Positions 19,026 through 27,839 of a stretch of DNA of 32,000 nt are shown piece after piece; the first letter of the stretch is position 1, and the number at the start of each line of letters is the position of its first letter. The notes beneath the pieces are model-generated. The model worked only from the letters and a program-made list of their open reading frames with translations. It did not search any database and was not told the origin of the DNA. Source of the stretch: Promethearchaeota archaeon (GTDB taxonomy: Archaea; Asgardarchaeota; Lokiarchaeia; Sigyniarchaeales; Promethearchaeaceae); assembly GCA_016933055.1 (NCBI GenBank), contig JAFGBS010000009.1, positions 780,001 to 812,000 on the forward strand, in the 5' to 3' direction. The position numbers and the translations under genes are program-made.

Positions 19026-19913
19026 TTATTTTTTCTCTGCTTCTTGTTTTGTTCTTTTCTCAAGCACTTCTTCAATTTTTTTCTTTTCCTCATCACCCAC
19101 AGATTGCTTAATTTCATGGAGTTGTTCAGATTGAGTTTTCATTCTTTCTGATTGGAATGCTTTTTCTCCTATGTGTTTTTCAATTGCTTTCTGTTTGTCT
19201 TCAATTCCAATATTTTGGGTGGTTTCTTTCCTTTTTAATTCTTGTTCTCTCTTCTTTTCCGCTTGAAAAGACTTTTCCCCGATATGGATTTGAATTGCTT
19301 CCTGCTTGATTTTGAAATGAATATCCCCTGTTACTTGTTTTTTTTGCAGATCTCGATCACGAATTTTTTCTGATGCAAATGCATGATCACCGACCGTTTT
19401 TTCAATTGCTTTTTGTTTGTCCTCAATACCAATCTCCTTAGTTACTATCCGCTTTTGCATTTCTCTTTCTTTAATTTGTTCCGCAGTGTAAGCTTTTTGA
19501 CCCACATTTTTTTCTATAGCTTGCTGGATTTTTTCCTTTTCTATTTTTTCGGTTACAATTTTTTTTTGGAGGTCCCGATCCTTAATTTGTCCTGCTGTAA
19601 ATGCATGGTCTCCAACGGTTTTTTCAATTGCTTTTTGTTTTTCTTCAATTTGGATGTTCTTTGTCACTTCTGCTCTTTTTAAGGCACTTTCTTTCCGCTG
19701 TTCAGCTGTAAAAGCTTTTTCCTCAATATTTTTTTCGATAGCATAACTATGTGCTTGCATTGCAACTGTTCTACGCGCTTTAGTATCATCTAACGCTTTT
19801 TTCCGTTCTTCTTTTTCCTTATCGAGTAATTTCTTAATCTCTTCCTTGTCTTTTTTCACTTGTTCGGGATCAATTTCATCTTCTTCGATCGGTTTTTCTT
19901 CTTCTTCAGTCAT
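19026..19913 (-). CDS. Highly charged helical protein with six tandem 37-aa repeats, unknown function
   Basis: 295 aa, K/E/Q-rich; residues 58-279 are six 37-aa units each starting AI(E/Q)x. Confidence 0.88.
   Translation of the reverse strand: MTEEEEKPIEEDEIDPEQVKKDKEEIKKLLDKEKEERKKALDDTKARRTVAMQAHSYAIEKNIEEKAFTAEQRKESALKRAEVTKNIQIEEKQKAIEKTVGDHAFTAGQIKDRDLQKKIVTEKIEKEKIQQAIEKNVGQKAYTAEQIKEREMQKRIVTKEIGIEDKQKAIEKTVGDHAFASEKIRDRDLQKKQVTGDIHFKIKQEAIQIHIGEKSFQAEKKREQELKRKETTQNIGIEDKQKAIEKHIGEKAFQSERMKTQSEQLHEIKQSVGDEEKKKIEEVLEKRTKQEAEKK
19077..19742 (-). repeat. Intragenic tandem repeat, 6 x 111 bp with 222-bp higher-order period
   Basis: TTTTTTCAATTGCTTTTTGTTT at 19397 and 19619 (222 bp apart); translated units 2 and 4 share AIEKTVGDHAF...DRDLQKK. 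Confidence 0.9.
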
Positions 19914-20049
19914 GGTGCTAACCCTTTTTTTTATGGTTAAATAAAAAGTGAAACCATAATATATGTTTATGCTCTAATTGGGTAGAATATTAATCCATAT
20001 AATTATACACATTGATTAAATATTGTGAAATAGAGCATCCGACAAATTT

Positions 20050-21540
20050 CTAAGCTCCAGAAGTATGATTTTCCAACATCGTTGGGATCCAAGATTCTAC
20101 CAGCAGTTTTAGAGTAAAATCGGAACTGTATACACATTTTAAAAATTTCCCCTTCTCCAAATGATTGGAATTCTCAAAAATCCTTGTTCCTTGGTCAATT
20201 AACTCGTAATAATTATTGGAATAATCTTTTAATTTCAAAATCTCATTTACAGATAAATTTTCGATATTTTTATGGGATATCCCCTCTTTTAGTTTCAATA
20301 AGTCGGACTCTAATTTTCTTCCTTTCAGTGCCCAATTTAATGCTTCAATTAGATGTGTATTTTCAAAAGCACTTGTTTTAAGATCTTCTAATACTGGACA
20401 AATGAAATCATGTGTGGAACTGGAATTAATAAATGATTGGAAAACATCGAAGAAATTATCTATATTTTTTAGTAAATTAGTTTCAAAAAGACTAATTTGT
20501 GCACAATTTGTGCTATGTTTCCAGAAATCCATATTTAAGGGAAAATGTGGATTCCATAATAATTCTCCTATGATAGGAAGAATTAGGATTTGAAGATCCA
20601 AAGGAACCCTTCCCCCTATACCCACGGTTATACCATTTTTATTAACCTGATCAAGTTCTAGATCTGAAATAGAACTCAAAATTTTTTTGTAGTCGGGGAG
20701 AAATAATCCTCCTTTAGTGCAATTCTTCACTAAATGTAATTTTTTAGTGTCTAACAGTCTAAGTTCTGTAATGTCCTTAAACTCAATTTGATGAAATTCG
20801 CATAAGTCTTGGATTTTTATCTGATTTTCTTGAGAATAGGGGAATTCTGACTTATGAACTAAGGAAATATTATTGAATTTGTATTTCATCAAAAAAGGGA
20901 CTAAGTTTGTTAGTGCCTCTATTGTAGGTTTAAAACAGTTTAAATCCACGTTGATACCTCGGAAGATCCATCCAGGGAAATCCACAATCTGCATTTCAGG
21001 TAGAGTAATAAATTCCTCAAATTTATCAAAAAGAAATAATGTGTGCTCAATAATTTGGATAATTGTTTGGATTCCATAGTAAAATCCTCGAGCTGATGAA
21101 GATATTATCCAAATCGCTCCATTTGATATATTAATATAATAACTTTCATCCAAAGGTAGAGATGATTTCAATCTTTCTGGATATAACTCGTAACAGCACT
21201 CGTTTAGAATATTTTCAAACTGACGGATATAATTTTCTATTAATACATTCAAATCTCGCTTAATTTTAGTTTCATAAATTGATTCGGGTGTTATAATGGT
21301 GAAAAAATAATTCTCTCCCCAATTTTCATCCAAGTCACTATCTCGAATGGGAATTGCATTTAAAAAAGTGTTAAAATGTTTATTGAATTTACTCGATAAT
21401 AATAGTGCATTATCTTTTATTCTGTATTTATTGAGAAAGATTGTTAATAACGAAGATAAAGTGATCCCATTCTCCTTTTGTATCTTGATATATTTTGGGG
21501 TAGGAAGAATAAAATATTTATTTTTTACCAGTAATTCCAT
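20050..21540 (-). CDS. Glycoside hydrolase family 20-like protein (domain 2 plus degenerate catalytic barrel)
   Basis: ILPTPK, DESYYINI...ARGFYYGIQTIIQI, IVDFPGWIFRGINVDL match the GH20 N-domain and first barrel strand; no HxGGDE motif found. Confidence 0.7.
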   Translation of the reverse strand: MELLVKNKYFILPTPKYIKIQKENGITLSSLLTIFLNKYRIKDNALLLSSKFNKHFNTFLNAIPIRDSDLDENWGENYFFTIITPESIYETKIKRDLNVLIENYIRQFENILNECCYELYPERLKSSLPLDESYYINISNGAIWIISSSARGFYYGIQTIIQIIEHTLFLFDKFEEFITLPEMQIVDFPGWIFRGINVDLNCFKPTIEALTNLVPFLMKYKFNNISLVHKSEFPYSQENQIKIQDLCEFHQIEFKDITELRLLDTKKLHLVKNCTKGGLFLPDYKKILSSISDLELDQVNKNGITVGIGGRVPLDLQILILPIIGELLWNPHFPLNMDFWKHSTNCAQISLFETNLLKNIDNFFDVFQSFINSSSTHDFICPVLEDLKTSAFENTHLIEALNWALKGRKLESDLLKLKEGISHKNIENLSVNEILKLKDYSNNYYELIDQGTRIFENSNHLEKGKFLKCVYSSDFTLKLLVESWIPTMLENHTSGA

Positions 21541-21605
21541 ACGGATAGGAAAAAGGGTAAAAATTTTAATTTTTTGCCATTTAGTCTTGAAATAAGGTAA
21601 AATCC

Positions 21606-22685
21606 ATGGTAAATGTGAATTTAGGTCCCCTTAAATTATCTTCTGACCTCATACTTGCTCCAATGATGGATGTAACAACACCAAGTTATATTTTAATGAT
21701 TCAGCATTATGGAGGATTGGGTTTTTATAGTATTCCCATGGTATTTGTTAATCAAATATCACAAGCACCGAAAACTGTAAAACCGGTTTTAGAATTTGCA
21801 GAAAAAAATATTCCGAGTAGTGTGCAAATATGTGGAAGCGGAAAATCGTATGAAACCATAAAAATGGCACTTGATGTGTTAAACTCCTATGATTTTTCTA
21901 TCGTAGACGTAAATGCTGGATGTCCTGCAAGGCATACATGTAATTCTGGAGGGGGAGCTTCACTAATGAAACCGCATCGCTTTCAAGATTTACAATATCT
22001 AGTTCATTCTATTGCTAAACATTCTAATAAACCAGTTTCTGTTAAGATTCGAACTGGATGGGATTCTAAAGATGGTTTAGAAGGTATTGTAAAAATGATT
22101 GAGGACGAAGGTGCCAGTTTCTTAACTATCCATGGAAGATTAGCAAAAGATGGATATTCAGGGACTGTTGATCTTGATAGTATAAAAAAAGTAAAAGAAC
22201 TATCCAATATTCCAATAGTAGGCAATGGAGACATATTTAATCATACCACTTATCATTTAATGAAAGAAATTACAAAAGTGGATGCTGTTATGATTGGTAG
22301 GGCTGTAATGGGTTTTCCTGCCACTTTTGCCGAAATTGATGCTGGTGAAAAATCTCAAAAAACTAGCATTGTAAATCATACAAGCCCTCTTTCTCATTTT
22401 TATTCTGAATTATTGGTCGATCGTGAACCTAACACCCCTAGTAAAATCCAAGAGTATTTACAAGTTCTATTAAATTCTATCGAATCCTTAGGCTCTTATT
22501 ATAATAATGATAAATTTAAATTGATTGAACTTCGGAAAAATGCAATATGGATGATGAAAGGCATGCATAACTGCGCAAAAACTAGGGAAAAACTAGGAAA
22601 AATAAAAAATATTCGTGAACTCCTTCACTATGTGCATAATTCACATTTCGTGAAAGATCTTAGTCCAAAGACAAATATGGCATAA
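21606..22685 (+). CDS. dus: tRNA-dihydrouridine synthase (DusB-like)
   Basis: LAPMMDVT, SVQICG, DVNAGCP, SVKIRTG, IHGR, VGNGDI, DAVMIGR. Confidence 0.95.
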   Translation: MVNVNLGPLKLSSDLILAPMMDVTTPSYILMIQHYGGLGFYSIPMVFVNQISQAPKTVKPVLEFAEKNIPSSVQICGSGKSYETIKMALDVLNSYDFSIVDVNAGCPARHTCNSGGGASLMKPHRFQDLQYLVHSIAKHSNKPVSVKIRTGWDSKDGLEGIVKMIEDEGASFLTIHGRLAKDGYSGTVDLDSIKKVKELSNIPIVGNGDIFNHTTYHLMKEITKVDAVMIGRAVMGFPATFAEIDAGEKSQKTSIVNHTSPLSHFYSELLVDREPNTPSKIQEYLQVLLNSIESLGSYYNNDKFKLIELRKNAIWMMKGMHNCAKTREKLGKIKNIRELLHYVHNSHFVKDLSPKTNMA

Positions 22686-23292
22686 TCTGAGCAACATCCT
22701 CTGTTAATATATAGAATTTCTGACGACCCACTTTGTAGGAATCGATTAAATATAAATTCTGCAATCGCTGACAGTGGAATGTGATAGCTTGTGGTGTTAC
22801 TCCACAAATGGATGCAATCTCTTGATGACATGAATTCGGATTTTTACTCAAATAGCTAATGATTTTCTTTGGTGTATCACGTTTGGTTGCTGCTATAACT
22901 TTTTGCCTCAGTGATTTTTGTTCGAATGGTAAATCATCATGTTCTTCAAAAATTTGAGTGGGATCTCTACCCTTGTTAGTCACAAAAAAGCATTTATATC
23001 GACCATTTTGAATGCTTTTTACTAGTCCTTTTTTCTCTAATATCGATATATGATACTGCACGACGCCTGCTTTTTTATCAAGATCACGACAGATTTTGCG
23101 AAAATGAGTTCCTTCATTTTGTTGGATATTTTCATAGATCGCATTTCTCGTGCTTTGAGTTAAAACGTCGCCAGCATCATAGCCACTTCGGGAGTATTTC
23201 TTACCACTAGTAGTTCCCGAAATTGACACCATAGACACGCCTATTAAAAGGGCAATTGTTAGATGTCGAATCAGTCTCTTCGGTGTTCTCAT
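22660..23292 (-). CDS. Double winged-HTH transcriptional regulator (COG3398-like) with N-terminal hydrophobic segment
   Basis: HTH1 RNAIYENIQQNEGTHFRKICRDL..GVVQYHISILEK; HTH2 KKIISYLSKNP..CHQEIA..PQAITFHCQRL. Confidence 0.88.
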   Translation of the reverse strand: MRTPKRLIRHLTIALLIGVSMVSISGTTSGKKYSRSGYDAGDVLTQSTRNAIYENIQQNEGTHFRKICRDLDKKAGVVQYHISILEKKGLVKSIQNGRYKCFFVTNKGRDPTQIFEEHDDLPFEQKSLRQKVIAATKRDTPKKIISYLSKNPNSCHQEIASICGVTPQAITFHCQRLQNLYLIDSYKVGRQKFYILTEDVAQIMPYLSLD

Positions 23293-23341
23293 CTTATTTC
23301 ACAGCAACGTTGAAAATGTATATTTTTATTAAATTTTAAAT

Positions 23342-23359
23342 AGATCTTAATTAAGATCT
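23342..23359. promoter_or_regulatory. 18-bp perfect palindrome upstream of the double-wHTH gene
   Basis: AGATCTTAATTAAGATCT, 50 bp upstream of the 23292 start; the CTTAATTAA core recurs at 23377-23385. Confidence 0.45.
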
Positions 23360-23435
23360 GATACAAATTATCAGTCCTTAATTAAAAGTGTAACACGTTC
23401 GAAAGAATTAGAACTTTTCCTTGATAATGAAAATT

Positions 23436-24545
23436 CTAATTTGAACTACTTGATGCAAAAAATCCTTCTATAGGTTTGTATAGGATGGTTTTTTGGAATA
23501 TATGTACATCCACGACTGCATAATTTTGAAGTATAATCCCTCGTAACTCTTTTTTTGTTTGAGTGTTCAGAATTTTACCAGAATTTGACTGAATTTTCAA
23601 ACATAGTATAGGAATTGCGTAGTTATTAGGATTGAACCGATCGGTACGTAATCGTAAACTAGATTTTAAATGATTTATAATATCAGAAAAGAATTGTTGC
23701 TTGGTGCAATATTTTGATCTAATTACCGTTGACTTCCATATGATAATTCGATCTAAATGCCTTTTTCTCTTCAAGTTGATGCGGTAACCTTTATTTTTTT
23801 CCACTTCTACGATAAAATAGCCATGAGGTAGGTTAAAATCAGATAAACAAACAGGAATATTACATCCAGGATTAAAAATCCAATTATCTATTATATACTG
23901 CTTATGGAAATGCCCTAACCCAAAATAATCTATTTTTTTCTTTAATGGAAGGAGATTGGAATATGACTGTCCAGGAATTCCTTGCATTTGCCCTTGAATT
24001 CCAAAATGATTAAGTAATATGGTAAAATCGTTGTTGGATGAAATGTTATTATCCATTCTTTCAATATACCCATCGATTTTTTCACCATAATATGAATTTC
24101 CGTAAATATTTACGGAGTTTGCAATTTGAATACTGTCTCCATTATCTTGGACATCAAGTCTTAAATTATCCAGAATCTGGATTAAATTCAAATCGGACAA
24201 CACCCTTAACCACGATATACTCTGAGTAATTCTGGTGCCCTTTGAAAATCTTCGTATATCATGATTTCCTTCTATGGTGTATATAGGTACCTTCGAGTGT
24301 GTTCTCTTATGAAAATTTTTCAAAACATCAAGAATTTGAGAAAAATAAAAAGGTAATATATCAATCGAATTAAACACATCACCCCCTAATAAGACAAAGT
24401 CTACTATTTCATCTCGAGCTACATCTAATAACTGTTTAAATGCATTTATGTAATCCATTGCACGGTAACAATTACTGAATTGAGCTTTTCCTAAATGTAA
24501 ATCACTTGCATGAACAAATTTTACGATTACTTCATCAGAACCCAT
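23436..24545 (-). CDS. mre11: Mre11/SbcD-like DNA repair metallophosphoesterase nuclease
   Basis: Five phosphoesterase motifs: SDLHLG, GGDVFN, EGNHD, NHFGI, LGHFH, followed by NPG. Confidence 0.85.
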   Translation of the reverse strand: MGSDEVIVKFVHASDLHLGKAQFSNCYRAMDYINAFKQLLDVARDEIVDFVLLGGDVFNSIDILPFYFSQILDVLKNFHKRTHSKVPIYTIEGNHDIRRFSKGTRITQSISWLRVLSDLNLIQILDNLRLDVQDNGDSIQIANSVNIYGNSYYGEKIDGYIERMDNNISSNNDFTILLNHFGIQGQMQGIPGQSYSNLLPLKKKIDYFGLGHFHKQYIIDNWIFNPGCNIPVCLSDFNLPHGYFIVEVEKNKGYRINLKRKRHLDRIIIWKSTVIRSKYCTKQQFFSDIINHLKSSLRLRTDRFNPNNYAIPILCLKIQSNSGKILNTQTKKELRGIILQNYAVVDVHIFQKTILYKPIEGFFASSSSN

Positions 24546-24637
24546 TTGTTCAGGGTAGCTCTAATCACATAAAAAACTAGATAGTGAGATTTGCTTTTAT
24601 TAATATAATTCTCATTTTATTCCCATTTGTATTTCAT

Positions 24638-26008
24638 TCAATAAAAAAAATCCTCGATGAGATCGATCACATTCTGGGAATATAGCCACGGTCCGATAAT
24701 ATCCGATAATGAAAGCCCCTCTTCGGTTAATTTAATGAAATTACCATTTTTATATGCAAGATCATTGTCTAATAAAATAATTAATTCTGGAAACTCCTTT
24801 TGCGGTTCTCCTTTGAAATATCGGCGGTATGAATCTATATCCAATCCTTTTATCTTAAGTAGGGATTTCAATATAAATCTTCGACGTTTGTCCTCTTCCG
24901 TTAGCAAAATACCATATTTTGCATAGTCAAAGTCGGAAGGATTAAAGATATAATTATGCAATATTCTCGAAATATCGAGTTGAGATACTGCATAGGGTTC
25001 AGAATAATGAATCTCTTTTGTATAAGAACGGGATCCACATCCCAATCCTATCATTCCATCCGTAATAAAAGAATAGTTATCAGTTGACAGAGATGTGTTC
25101 ACACGCATTGTATCCTTTTTTACAAATCTCCGCATAGAATCTTGGATGAATCCCGCATTCAAAAGGCGCTGTCGTCCTTTTTGATATAAAGTCATCCGTA
25201 TATCATCTTTACGTTGATTCTTAGGTTGCTCTAGTGATGATATTGGGTGGGGGTATAAAGGGTACAGATGAAATTCATCTGGTTCATAACTAATTGCCCG
25301 TTCGATTGAAATTAAGAAATCACTTTCGGTTTGATCATCAATTCCATAAACCAGATCAAAATTCACATGGGGAAATCCCATGGAAAATATTAATTCTAAT
25401 CCTTCCTCAATTGCATCTAAGGAGATGAATTGGTGTAATCGCTTAAGTTCCTTCTCCAAAAACGATTGTACTCTTAGATTAATCCGTCGAGTATGTCTCT
25501 CCAGTAAGATTTCTAAGATCTCTTCATTACAATCAGGATGCAAAGAGATTGATAAATCTGAGGTTTTTAGAGATGTGTGAAAAATCGTTTCAATAATATC
25601 TAAAACGCGATGTATTTGGTTTACATTAAGAAGAGATGGAGCTCCCCCATCGATCTCGATATACTCTATTTTAAGAGATCTTTGAAAAGAATTTAGAATG
25701 CTTTGAATTATGTTCCCTTGAATTTCCATTGAGTCTATAAATGGATTAATTACTTTTTGATTAGTTTCTAATATATTAAATGAATTGACATACCTACAAT
25801 CATGTACATCAAATGGAACATGCAATGATAAGGTTAGATGTCGCATATCTTCATTTTGCCACAAATCAGAAATATTTAGGGGAGATGGAAACTCTCGATA
25901 AGCAGTTTTAGGAGGATATGCCTCTGTGTATGCTATATATGGGTTTTGAGAATTTAATTCGTGTGCTTTGAATTTTTTAATATCCATTCTTTCCTTCTTT
26001 CTTATCAA
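24638..26008 (-). CDS. HemN-like (STM4012-type) radical SAM-fold protein with a broken CxxxCxxC motif
   Basis: AYPPKTAYR, LSLHVPF, NLRVQSF, HVNFDLVYGI.DQT, SMRRF, GLGCGSRSY; cluster motif reads DVHDCRYV. GGAGGT SD at 26015-26020, 6 nt before TTG. Confidence 0.85.
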   Translation of the reverse strand: MIRKKERMDIKKFKAHELNSQNPYIAYTEAYPPKTAYREFPSPLNISDLWQNEDMRHLTLSLHVPFDVHDCRYVNSFNILETNQKVINPFIDSMEIQGNIIQSILNSFQRSLKIEYIEIDGGAPSLLNVNQIHRVLDIIETIFHTSLKTSDLSISLHPDCNEEILEILLERHTRRINLRVQSFLEKELKRLHQFISLDAIEEGLELIFSMGFPHVNFDLVYGIDDQTESDFLISIERAISYEPDEFHLYPLYPHPISSLEQPKNQRKDDIRMTLYQKGRQRLLNAGFIQDSMRRFVKKDTMRVNTSLSTDNYSFITDGMIGLGCGSRSYTKEIHYSEPYAVSQLDISRILHNYIFNPSDFDYAKYGILLTEEDKRRRFILKSLLKIKGLDIDSYRRYFKGEPQKEFPELIILLDNDLAYKNGNFIKLTEEGLSLSDIIGPWLYSQNVIDLIEDFFY

Positions 26009-26213
26009 ATACGTACCTCCTTGATTTGTTCATAACTAAACTATCGTGATTACAGAATTTGTGCATTCTCAATTAAATATAGTTCATGAATCTCTACGGG
26101 AAATTAAATTAATCGTACTATTTTAAGAAGCTAATAAAAGCTCTTACGAATGAGGGTTCCTATATCTATAGTATAATCAAAAAATAAATATAGTATTTAT
26201 AAAACTTGGAGAT

Positions 26214-27587
26214 ATGTATTTTAAAAAAATTGATTCAGAAGGATTATCTCATTTTTCATATATACTAGGGTCGTTAAATGACGCAGTAGTTATCGATCCT
26301 AAAAGAGATATTCAAGAATATCTCGATATTTGCATAAAACAAGGTTTTTCCATCAAATATATATTCGAAACCCATCGCAATGAAGATTATATCATTGGTT
26401 CGCGGGAGTTTTCCAGACTCTTACCCAATGCTGAAATTTTTCGAGGAAATGACCTCCCCTATGAATATGGTACAACCTTAAGAGATGGACAAAGATTTAC
26501 TTTTGGAGATTGTAAAATCAAAGCAATTCATACGCCTGGACATACACTGGGACATTATTCTTATGTGGTTTATGGGGAAAACATGGAGGATCAACCCCAA
26601 TTTGTATTTACAGGGGATGCATTATTTGCGGGTGACACAGGTCGAACTGATTTTTATGGAGAACAGCGTAAATCTGAGATCTCAGGATTATTATATGATT
26701 CCATCCATCAAAAAATCCTGCCATTGGGGGATGAGGTCATTCTTTGCCCGGCACATGGATCGGGATCGGTATGCGGTTCTAAAATAGAGGAGAGATTTCC
26801 CACGACCATTGGTATAGAAAAAAAGCTAAATTCTCAGTTAAAAATGTCTCGAAATGATTTTGTGAAAAATAAAGTAGAAGAATTGCATACTTTTCCTCCA
26901 TATTTTAAAAAGATGGAAGAATTCAATTTAGGGAAAGCTCCTTATCTATATGAACGAAATTTTCCTAAACCTCTAAATCCAAAAGAAGTACAGCAATGGA
27001 TCGATAAAAGTGCTCAAATTGTGGATACTCGGAATCCCTCCGATTATGGGGGAGCACATATAAAAGGCTCCATTTGTATTTGGTTAGAAGGATTACCATC
27101 ATTTTCGGGTTGGATGTTAAATTATGAAGATCCCATCATCCTAATTCTGGAAAAAAATGAAGATGTTACTAAAGCTACTAACTATCTTTCTCGGATTGGC
27201 TTTGATAATATAGTAGGATTTCTGAACGGAGGCTTATTAAAATGGTGTGTAGCAGCTTTGCCAATTGAGCACACTGAATTGATAACAGTTCATGAACTTA
27301 AAACTTTAATCGAAACTGGTAGTGAGATAATGGTTTTGGATGTCAGATCCCAAGAAGAATGGAATGAAGGCCATCTTTCACCTGCATTTAATATATACGC
27401 CGGACAAGTTCCGGTAAATTTAGAAAAGATCCCTAAAGATACATCAATTGTTGTACATTGTTCCGTTGGACTCCGAGCTACAGTTGCTGCAAGTGCATTA
27501 GAGAACAAAGGATATAAAAAAATAAAAATTGTACTTGGTAGCTATAATGCTTGGGAAAATGCTGGATATCCCATTAAATTCGAGTAA
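26214..27587 (+). CDS. MBL-fold hydrolase fused to two rhodanese domains (persulfide dioxygenase/sulfurtransferase-like)
   Basis: ETHRNEDY, TPGHT, FTGDALF, PAHGSGSVCG; rhodanese VDTR..DYGGAHIKGS and LDVRSQEEWNEGH..VHCSVGLRA. Confidence 0.92.
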   Translation: MYFKKIDSEGLSHFSYILGSLNDAVVIDPKRDIQEYLDICIKQGFSIKYIFETHRNEDYIIGSREFSRLLPNAEIFRGNDLPYEYGTTLRDGQRFTFGDCKIKAIHTPGHTLGHYSYVVYGENMEDQPQFVFTGDALFAGDTGRTDFYGEQRKSEISGLLYDSIHQKILPLGDEVILCPAHGSGSVCGSKIEERFPTTIGIEKKLNSQLKMSRNDFVKNKVEELHTFPPYFKKMEEFNLGKAPYLYERNFPKPLNPKEVQQWIDKSAQIVDTRNPSDYGGAHIKGSICIWLEGLPSFSGWMLNYEDPIILILEKNEDVTKATNYLSRIGFDNIVGFLNGGLLKWCVAALPIEHTELITVHELKTLIETGSEIMVLDVRSQEEWNEGHLSPAFNIYAGQVPVNLEKIPKDTSIVVHCSVGLRATVAASALENKGYKKIKIVLGSYNAWENAGYPIKFE

Positions 27588-27839
27588 TTTTTTTTATCTC
27601 AACTCAAATCGTCCTCCTTCCTAGAGAGTAATAATATCTTTTGAAATAATCACTGGACAGTTTGTAAAAAAAACAAACGCAAATGAGATTAGTTATCAAA
27701 CGTGGGTTTTATATCATCTATCTTTTTTTAGCTTATGAGGAGATTTAAGGGATAAAATTACTGATAAGACTATTAGGTTGATTGATCTAATTTTATGCTA
27801 TATACTTATAAAAATGTTAAACAATTTTGGTGAAATCAA

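Noticed and set aside
19077-19742. 111-bp periodicity as a CRISPR array
   Set aside because: Lies in an open frame with synonymous divergence; no unique spacers; no cas genes.
27600-27680. Minus-strand fragment reading PVIISKDIITL*EGGRFELR, faintly like a HATPase C-terminus
   Set aside because: Too short and interrupted to support a pseudogene call.
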